The translations under genes were made by a program, and so were the position numbers. A DNA stretch of 64,000 nucleotides from Octopus vulgaris (taxonomy: Eukaryota): positions 44,764,001-44,828,000 of the forward strand of contig OX597837.1 of NCBI GenBank assembly GCA_951406725.2, written 5' to 3'. Numbering within the stretch: the stretch's first letter is position 1; every line of letters starts with the position of its first letter. Shown one piece after another: positions 54,921 to 64,000 of the stretch. The notes beneath the pieces are model-generated. The model was not told the origin of the DNA, did no database searches, and worked only from the letters and a program-made list of their open reading frames with translations.

Positions 54921-55653
54921 AAAACATATACCAAGTGGTAGATAATAAACCTCTGTGAATCATTCATTTGTGATAATGCTGTAATGAAAATTTTCTTTCT
55001 AATTTCACACTTGTTATTTATCAATATATATTTAAACGGAAAATTATGTATTTACTTTACAAATAGATTCACTTTTTCGCTGACTAGATATTTTTTCTGT
55101 AAAATAGTTTGCCCACAACGAAAAGAAATGGTTTCAAATATTAGAAACACCTACATTCAATAAATTATAATAGGTTCACAATAGAATTAACTATTTTCCT
55201 GAAGGAAGGCTTTATTATTTTTCCTTTCTATCTTCCACTTTCCCCACCTTTTGTCTCCCACTTTTCCACATAGCTTTGAGTGTGAAATATTCATTTTCAT
55301 TTAACAAATGAATATCTGCGAATATCAAATATGGCGTCATCAAAATTACTTACTCTGACGTCACCGATGTCATAACACTTGGAAATTATCGTGATCGGAG
55401 ATAAGCGTGTGACGGACCGACAGAGGGACGCACGGAGAGATAAACAAACACGGTTCTTATTATAATATTGAATATACAATATCGATTTTAGAAATATGGA
55501 GTTCGATTCATTTTATTGGAAATTAGGTTTCTTTCCAGAAATATCTCATTCATTAGGTAATTACAAGAATTTAGTTTTAAAATGAAACAACAAAAAACAA
55601 GAGGTAATGTGGAATATATGAGAGTTGATGTGAATTTAAACAGTTAGACTTAC

Positions 55654-55752
55654 GACGTTGTGTTGTTTCATTGAGTAGAGTAGGAAGTGCTGGAAATCTT
55701 TGTCGGTGGTAAAGTCAGAGGCCCGAAATACTTCCGTACCAACCGGAGTATT
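55654..55752 (-). CDS. Cadherin-related gene exon (EC2, N-terminal half)
   Basis: Acceptor cctttgcag|AAT and donor GTC|gtaagt; 99 bp. NTPVGTEVFRASDFTTDKDFQHFLLYSMKQHNV has E|NTPVGT, DxD and YS cadherin motifs. Confidence 0.92.
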
Positions 55753-55784
55753 CTGCAAAGGAACAATGATTAATAATAATAATG

Positions 55785-55825
<41 letters not shown>

Positions 55826-55996
55826 TTAACATCCGTTCTCCATGCTAGCATGGGTTGGACGGTTCGACCGGGGATCTGGGAAGCCAGAAGGCTGCACCAG
55901 GCTCCGGTCTTTATTGGCAATGTTTCTACAGCTGGATGCCCTTCCTAACGCCAACCACTCCGTGAGTGTAGTGGGTGCTTTTTACGTGCCACCTGC
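55826..55996 (-). mobile_element. Short retroposon with GGTTGGCGTTAGGAAGGGCATCCAGC core inside (AAT)n
   Basis: Related copies at about 42440-42590 (+) and 45255-45420 (-). Confidence 0.65.
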
Positions 55997-56027
<31 letters not shown>

Positions 56028-56082
56028 TAATAATAATAATAATAATAATGATAATAATAATAATAATAATAATAACAATAAC

Positions 56083-56113
<31 letters not shown>

Positions 56114-56328
56114 TTAATATTAATAATAATAATAAAAATACTAATAACAATAACAATAATAATAATGATGATGATGATGATGATAATAAAAGTAATAATA
56201 ATAATAATACTCTTTACACCCCCATCACAACTGCAGCGCGATCTGTTGCTCGGGTGTCTGCTGCTGCTGCTGCGCATCATAGGGGAGTCTGGGGAGACAC
56301 GTAAGGAGCGCTAAACCTGCTAACTTAC

Positions 56329-56421
56329 CTCTTTCACTGGGATTATGTATGAAGGGTCTGTAAATCGAGGCGGAAATTCGTTCTTGTGCTTGATGTAAAC
56401 ACTCAATGCAATGTCATTGTG
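56329..56421 (-). CDS. Cadherin-related gene exon (EC1-EC2 linker)
   Basis: Acceptor ttttctag|CAC and donor GAG|gtaagt; 93 bp. HNDIALSVYIKHKNEFPPRFTDPSYIIPVKE contains a DxN(D/E)xxPxF-like motif and the Y...V.E motif. Confidence 0.9.
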
Positions 56422-56520
56422 CTAGAAAATTGAAAGTAAATTGTGACAGCATAAAAGACTCTGATAGCATTAAAAACACATCTGTGCAATGTGCGCTAGA
56501 ATATATTTATGTAAGATGTT

Positions 56521-56563
<43 letters not shown>

Positions 56564-56586
56564 TTTAGTAGTAGTAGTAGTAGTTT

Positions 56587-56700
<114 letters not shown>

Positions 56701-57870
56701 CATTAGTAGTAGTAGTAGTAGTTTTAGTAGTAGTAGTAGTAGTAGTAGTTGTAGGCACACAGCATGAAATTTTGGGGGAGGGGTGAAATCGATTATATTG
56801 ATCCCAGTGTTCAATTCGTACTTACGTTTTCGATCTGGACAGAATATGAACTCTGAACGTAAAGCCGGAAGAAACAGAGGGAATTATTTTGTCCAGCGTG
56901 TTAACTATTCTGCCAGCAAGCACAAGATCTGAACCTCGTGGGGGAGGGGACTAGTCGATTACATCGACCCCAGTGCTTCACTGGTATTTAATTTAACAAC
57001 CCCGAAAGGATAGAAGGCAAAGCCGACCTCGGCGGAATTTGAACTCAGAATGTAAAATGCCGGATGAAATTACCCTCAAGATATTGCCTGACACGATTAA
57101 TGGTTCTACCAGCTCGCCACTTTTTAATAACAATATTTCTAGATTTTGAGCCAAGGCTAGCAATTTTGTGAGAGATGGGTAAGTCAATTTCATTGACCTC
57201 CAGAATCGCTTGATCCCCGAACAAATGTGTGTACCAGTATTTACATACGGCCCTTTACAGTTTAGGTTCTATTCCACTCGAGGCCGACTTCACTGGTTTC
57301 AATCCAAGATCGAAAAAATTAAGTAGTTGCCAAGTACTTGGGACTAATTTTCGCAATTACAGCACGACATCACAGGGCCTTAGTATATATGGCACTATGA
57401 AATCTAGATAGAAATCCTCATCAGCATTGTTCAGTCCGTATTTGGACAGAATCGGAAGAGTGTCGCATAATATATCTCATGTTATAGTCACGGTATTTTT
57501 ACGTTCAAATATGAGGTCTGCTTTGAATTTGTTCCTTTCAGGTCGATAAAATATATAGAAGTACTCTAGAACACGGTGAAGGCGTGTGGCCAGGTGGTGA
57601 GAGCGCTTTACTCCCGATCGAAAGATACTGCTTTCGGCTCCCGTAAGGAGTGGTGCGTTGAGTTTTTAAGCAAAATATTTCATTTCATGTTGTTCTAGTC
57701 CATTCGTCTGTAAAGGAATAAACCCTATGACAGATTGTCGTCCTATCCAGGAGGAATATTGTGATCTCAGTCACTTATAGGTTAGCGAAACTAGGTAACT
57801 GACCCAAGACACGAGACAGTAATTTCCGGGGGTTCATGATGATGATGATGACGATGATGACGACGATGAC

Positions 57871-57911
<41 letters not shown>

Positions 57912-57918
57912 CGATGAC

Positions 57919-57953
<35 letters not shown>

Positions 57954-58206
57954 CGATGATGATGACGACGACGATGACGATGATGATGATGATGATGATG
58001 ATGATGACGATGATGACGACGACGACGACGATGACGATGATGATGATGATGATGATGATGACGATGATGATGACGACGACGATGACGATGATGATGATGA
58101 TGAAGATGATGATGACGATATTGATGACGACGATGATGACGACGATGATGACGACGACGACGATGATGATGATGATGATGATGAGGATGATGATGACGAC
58201 GATGAC

Positions 58207-58255
<49 letters not shown>

Positions 58256-58434
58256 GCGATGATGATGATGAAGTGAGTGGAACAGGGGGTCGATATAATA
58301 TATTATCCCTACCCCCATAAAAACATAATTAACAGATAATTAATCCGTGTTGGATGATTCTGGTTACTGAAATATCGATCGGTTAATTCTATTTGCTCTG
58401 GTGTATCGATAAATAAATAATAAACGTTACTCAC

Positions 58435-58473
58435 ATCATTACACTTTAAGATCACAAAGATGTATCTTCTTTT
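58435..58473 (-). CDS. Cadherin-related gene, 39-nt microexon (EC1)
   Basis: Acceptor tttcccgtattctccgctgactcag|AAA and donor GAT|gtgagt; phase 0/0. KRRYIFVILKCND supplies the beta-strand with Cys expected after LDxE. Confidence 0.75.
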
Positions 58474-58723
58474 CTGAGTCAGCGGAGAATACGGGAAACA
58501 TATAAAAATACGTTTAGTAACTCAGAGCACACATAAAGCTCATAATATATACACATATACATACATATATACACATATACATACATATATACACGCAAAA
58601 ATACAAATATGTGTGTGTGTGTATATCATCATCGTTTAACGTCCACCTTCCAAATATCTACTTATACATATAAATATACATACATATAAATATACATACA
58701 TATATATACATACATACATATAC

Positions 58724-58761
<38 letters not shown>

Positions 58762-59582
58762 ATACATACATATATATACATACATATATAATATATATGT
58801 ATATAAATATATATATACATATATATTTATATATATATACTCACATAAGCACATACTTGTGCACACAAATATATGTATTCATATATATGTATATTTGAGT
58901 GTATGCATGTGTGTGTGTATGAGTGCATGTGTGCGTGTGTGTGTGTTTGTGTGTGTGTGTGCAACCGCCTTGGCAAAAAGTGTTTCACTCAGTCACAATA
59001 TTTGACGATAATATTTCCTTAAAAGTTATCAGCTTTATTCCAAAACAGAATGGCAGGACCCCTTCGGGAAGTTTTCGTATTGTATGTGTAAGCGCTTTCG
59101 TTCTCCAATTTTACACATACAAACACACACACGCTCATGTTGGCGGAACATTAGAATGTACCGCCAACATACCACTTAAATTAAATAAACAAACAAAAAA
59201 TACAATACGCATACACACACATAGTTCAAATTTACAGAAAACAAAAGATGAAGACTGTTATTGAAACAACAAGCAGGTGTATTATTTTAACGCTCGGAAA
59301 GAATGAAAAAGTCTTTTACGTTTCGAGCCTACGCTATTAAGAGAGAAAATAAGAGAAAAAAAACTAAGGAAAAAACAGAAGGTTCAAAATTGTTCAGACG
59401 TCGTGGTGTATTGGAGCGATTTTTCATCAACGGAAGAGTCCACAGAAATCCATATGTATATACAGTGGTAATCCGAGTGTAATACTGGTGTGTAGATGAG
59501 GAGGGGTGCAGAAAGTTCAGGTAGAAGTAAGTCCGAAGTGCAGGAGAAGAGGTGCGACGATTTAAATCTAGCTGTTTTACTC

Positions 59583-59618
<36 letters not shown>

Positions 59619-59983
59619 AACAAAGGGACCCGGTTTTACTCGGGGGTAAAAATTTCGTAAAGCACCCGTTCGTAACTCGGTGTAAAATATTTTTTTCCAC
59701 CGGTTTTTTCGAGTGCCTTCAATGTATCTGACCGCCAAACCCGCCGGAAGCCACGTTTTTCCGGAAAAGAGTGGGGAGAGGGGATGGAGATCTCAGAATT
59801 TCCCACCAACGGAGTTTGGTTTCGCCCAACTACCAGGTAAGTGTGAGTGCAGGTGTGTGTGTGTGTGTGTGTGCATGCGCGCACGTCTTCTTGTGAGTGT
59901 ATCTGTTTTGTACACGTATGCAAATTTGCGGACATGACCATGCGCGTCATCTTATGCGAATATCGAACAAAATAATCATTTAC

Positions 59984-60117
59984 CATTTCTTCTACATCGA
60001 GGACCTTCTTCGTTATGAGGTAATAACTGGAATCGACCTCAGCAACATCCAAGTAACCGGGGGGCTCAGCTCTGTCGATGGCCCAGGTTCCGCCTCCGAA
60101 TTCATATATCACTGTAT
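59984..60117 (-). CDS. Cadherin-related gene, first exon detected (part of EC1); upstream exon(s) not identified
   Basis: Acceptor ctttacag|AT and donor ATG|gtaaat; 134 bp, phase 1 to 0. Reads xTVIYEFGGGTWAIDRAEPPGYLDVAEVDSSYYLITKKVLDVEEM; LDVE matches the cadherin LDRE-type motif. Confidence 0.85.
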
Positions 60118-60422
60118 CTGTAAAGATATTGTCACATCATTGGTACGAGAGCATGTGTATTGCTGTATCTCAACATGTCTTTATCGTTTATCTTTTACTT
60201 GTTTCAGTCATTAGAGCGCGGCCATGCTGGGGCACCGCCTTTAAGAACTTTAGTCGAATGAATCGACCTTATTGCATATTGTATTTTGTAAAGCCTCGCA
60301 CTTATTCTGTCAGTTCTTTTACCGAACCGCTAAATTACAGGGACGTAAACACACCAACACCAGTTGTCAAGCAGTGGTGGGGGACAAACACACACATATG
60401 TATGTATATACATATACATATA

Positions 60423-60491
<69 letters not shown>

Positions 60492-63400
60492 GTGAGAATT
60501 TACAAAAAAGAAACAAAAGATGGGTGTGTAAGCAACAAACAGATGTAGTATTAGTTTAACGCTCGGGAAGTGAGAAAGTCTTTAACGTTTCGAGCCTACG
60601 CTCTTCGACAGAAAGGAACACAGAAATAAACAGGGAGAGAAAAGAGAAAAAGGTGTAGTGGCTAGCGATCTATCATATATATGTAGACGATAGGCTTCTT
60701 CCAGTTTCCGTCTATCAAATCCACTCACAAGATTTTAGTGGGCCCGAGACTATAATAGAAGACACCTGCCCAAGGTGGCACGCAGTGGGACTGAACTAAG
60801 GACTCTAAGGTTGGGAAGCAAGCTTCTTACCACAGAGCCACGTCTGCACATGAATGTTACTACACATATATCACTGTATGCTTAAAGACATTAATGTCGT
60901 GGTAGCATGTACCGGTTGCAGCATATATGTTTACTCGTTATTCACTCTATGGTAAATAAAGAGTTTTAAATTATCTATTAGCGACAGAAGTTTTTGGAAC
61001 GAATATTAATTAGCAGATCCAATCTAACTTGTCGGCGTTGCTTATAACGCTTTAAGTGCTGAAATCTTCCCCCAAAAATCATTTAGTGTAGACTACAAAT
61101 GCTGAGAAGTATCGAAACTCTAGTATCAGTTGATGAAATTAGTAAACACACCGCCAGATGACACTAACATATCACATGATTTCATCGTATCGCGGATGAT
61201 CAGCGACAGCTAGTCAAGATGAATGCCAAGCAGAAATTTCAAGCGATAATAGAGTTTCGATGCTTTTTGGCATTTATCGTCTACAAAAAAAAAATGAATT
61301 TTCGAGATGTTTACAGCAATCTAAGGCGTCATAAACAGCAGTTAGATTAGATGTGTTGATAAATAAAATCTTCTAGGTTTTCGTAGAAGAAAGTTTACAA
61401 GTCGATTGTTATATTTACTGACAATATTTTACATATATTTACAATTTAAAATGGCTACCATTTGCTTTCACCATTGCTCTTAATCTCTTCAAGTTGTTTA
61501 CCACTTCACATTTTTTTAATACCAGCTACGTTTCAATGCTCCAATTCATTTACATTTTGTTTGAGCCGCCATATATAATCCAGAGTAAATAATAAAACAA
61601 GAGAATGTTAAGAAGCATTTTACAGTATTTGCATACAGTCTTTATGAATTAGAATGTTTCAATTTGTGTTTGAGTAATGGGAAAATTACGTTTAACTAAT
61701 GTGTATATATGTATATATATATATATATCCTGCATCCGGTATATAATTGCATCTGCAACGATATCGCTGTCATGGTAATACGTATTCCACGCATGTATGC
61801 TTGTTTAAAGATGGTGTTATGACAATATGTATATAACTGTAATAACATCCTTCAGGAAACAGATGTACATTACTGTATGTATAGCAATATCAGTGTTATT
61901 ATAATATATATAACAGTCCAAAATGATATCGCTGACTTGCCGTATACAGTCGTGTATCTTTGAAGATATCAGTGTCATATTATCATGTATATAACTGTAT
62001 CTGCAATGATATCACAAACAGTACATGTATTATTAGAGTATCTGTAGGGATGTGATGTCATTATAACATATACAAACTGCAATGATATCGCTGGCAATAA
62101 AGGCATCAGTGTCAATAATATTGCCTACGTGAAAACTGACATATGTATACATTACTGTATCACTTACATCACGTTATGTATAAAGACATCACTGACAGGA
62201 TATTATGCCTATTACTGTCTCTGGAACGGTATCGCATGTCCAGGGCATTGGGGGCTAAATTTGATGGTGTATTAAGTCTAATTTCCCCAGGAACATTTGG
62301 ATACATCAGTGAACTGTCAAAACAGCGTAGGCGGGCATAAAGATTAAAGTTGTAGCTGAGAAAAAATTGGCTGACATGGAGGGCTTTGTAACCACGTGGT
62401 TACAAAGCGAATATCGTATACACTTGTTAAACCCATTTCCATGCTTGCATCGATATCAGTAAAATTTTCTTCAAATCAAACACTAACATATTTTACAAAG
62501 AAAGATATATTCTACAATATAATATTTACGGTTGTATCTGGGGAGAGTTATTTTCTTTTTGTGCCTTATAATGTAACACACTCACCGGTAAAATTTCCGT
62601 TTATTTTTATTTTCCTAAAATTTTCGTTGCGTCTTGCAACCTTTTCAATAGTCTTGACTATAAGGCACAAAAAGAAAATGACTTTCTCCAGACACAAAAG
62701 AATATGCTTCAACACACGAACTCATTTAAAGAATCTTGCAAACCAAATCCAAAAATGAAATATTTACGATATCATTTAAAAAAAATATGTGACTAGCATT
62801 GTTGGCCTGGAGATAAAATAATAAAGCCAGCAACAACCGATTTTCCTAAAGACACATTTGGCCAAAAGCCCCACACAGTGAGATTAAACCCGTTACTCTT
62901 CTTTAGTTTATTACTTGTTTCAGTCGTTAGGCTACGGCCATGGTGGAGCACCACCTTAAGAAAATTTTAGTCGAACGAATCAACTCTTACCAACCGCTAA
63001 ACACACCAGCAGCATTTGTCAAGCGGATGTGCGGAACAAACACAGACACAAGTGCGCACGTACACAAATAAACGATAAACGTCGCCCTTTTCATGCCTAG
63101 CCAGGCTCATGGGCCCGGTTTCCCGGTTTCTGTGGCGTATGTGTTCCCCCCAGCTGGACGGGACGCCAGTCCATCGCAGCGTTACTCAAGAAACAGGAAG
63201 AGAGAGAGAGAGAGAAAGTTGTGGCGAAAGGGTACAACAGAGGTCACCACTATCTCCTGCCGCAACCTCGTGGAGTTTTTAGGTATTTTCGCTCAATAAA
63301 CACTCACAACGCCCGGTCTGGGAATCGAAACTGCGATCCTCCGACTGCGGGTCCGGTGCCCTAACCACTGGGTCACTGCGCCTCCGCACGTACACACAAA

Positions 63401-64000
63401 TACACAAACACAAAAACACGACGGGCTTCTTCTAATTTCCGTCTATCAAATCCATTTACAAGCCAGTACTAGACCCGACGCTACAATAATAAAAAAGAAA
63501 CATTTGACCTAAGTGCCATGCAGTGTGACTGAACCCAGAAGCCTGTGGCCGCAAACTCTGTGATTGAACCCGGAACTTCGAGGCCGCAAAGCGAACTTCT
63601 TACCATACAGCCTATTTATACCGTTGCGAAGCAAACTATTTAAACATACCACGATGCCAGCTACCATGTCTAACATTTATAGGAAGATGCATTATTCATT
63701 AATTCTCATCACTGATTATATGCGGAATATTTTCCAACGCTGTGACCAATTAACAATTAAAAATTTCTCGTCGGTAATTTAAAAGTAATAAAATGAAAAC
63801 TTTATTGATAATATAATTTTTATGTCAATTAACCTCATTTTTAGAGGTGAAGGTTTATTCAAATTTATATCTACACAAGAGTAGACATCAGTATTGAATA
63901 TTGAAATATTCCACTTACATACCTAAACACACATACATATATGTATGCATACATACACACATATATGCACACACACATATATATATATACATACATGTAG

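Noticed and set aside
57335-57430. CTGATGA...GAAA on the minus strand as a hammerhead
   Set aside because: No stem II or stem I pairing could be formed.
59636-59983. C-terminal part of the 158-aa ORF 59636-60112
   Set aside because: Read-through into the intron and a (CA)n tract beyond the donor at 59983; only 59984-60117 looks coding.
62214-62355. Candidate upstream cadherin exon (YNFNLYARLRCFDSSLMYPNVPGEIRLNTPSN...)
   Set aside because: It has a good acceptor and a Cys, but only a weak phase-1 donor (A|gtaata) and no clear cadherin motif. Unresolved without RNA evidence.

Overview
AT-rich, microsatellite-saturated eukaryotic DNA. The repeat repertoire strongly suggests an octopus/coleoid cephalopod genome (inference; no database search was run). 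Almost all ORFs in the supplied track are microsatellite artefacts. Manual splice-site reading recovers one real minus-strand gene: 11 small GT-AG exons over about 26 kb (60117 to 33796), all phase-compatible. They encode about 383 aa of a compact non-classical cadherin with three cadherin repeats (the first lacking its 5' exon), one transmembrane helix and a short tail. The rest is transposon debris: three tRNA-derived SINE families, Tc1/mariner relics, an 8-bp-TSD MITE, a Helitron, LINE fragments, minisatellites and one 100-N gap. The most striking hidden signals are (i) about 11 type I hammerhead-ribozyme motifs from several Penelope-like families, one apparently intact at 2541-2625, (ii) a young non-LTR retroelement whose three copies all sit inside (TATC)n arrays, and (iii) an intronic degenerate repeat built from copies of a cadherin splice-acceptor junction.
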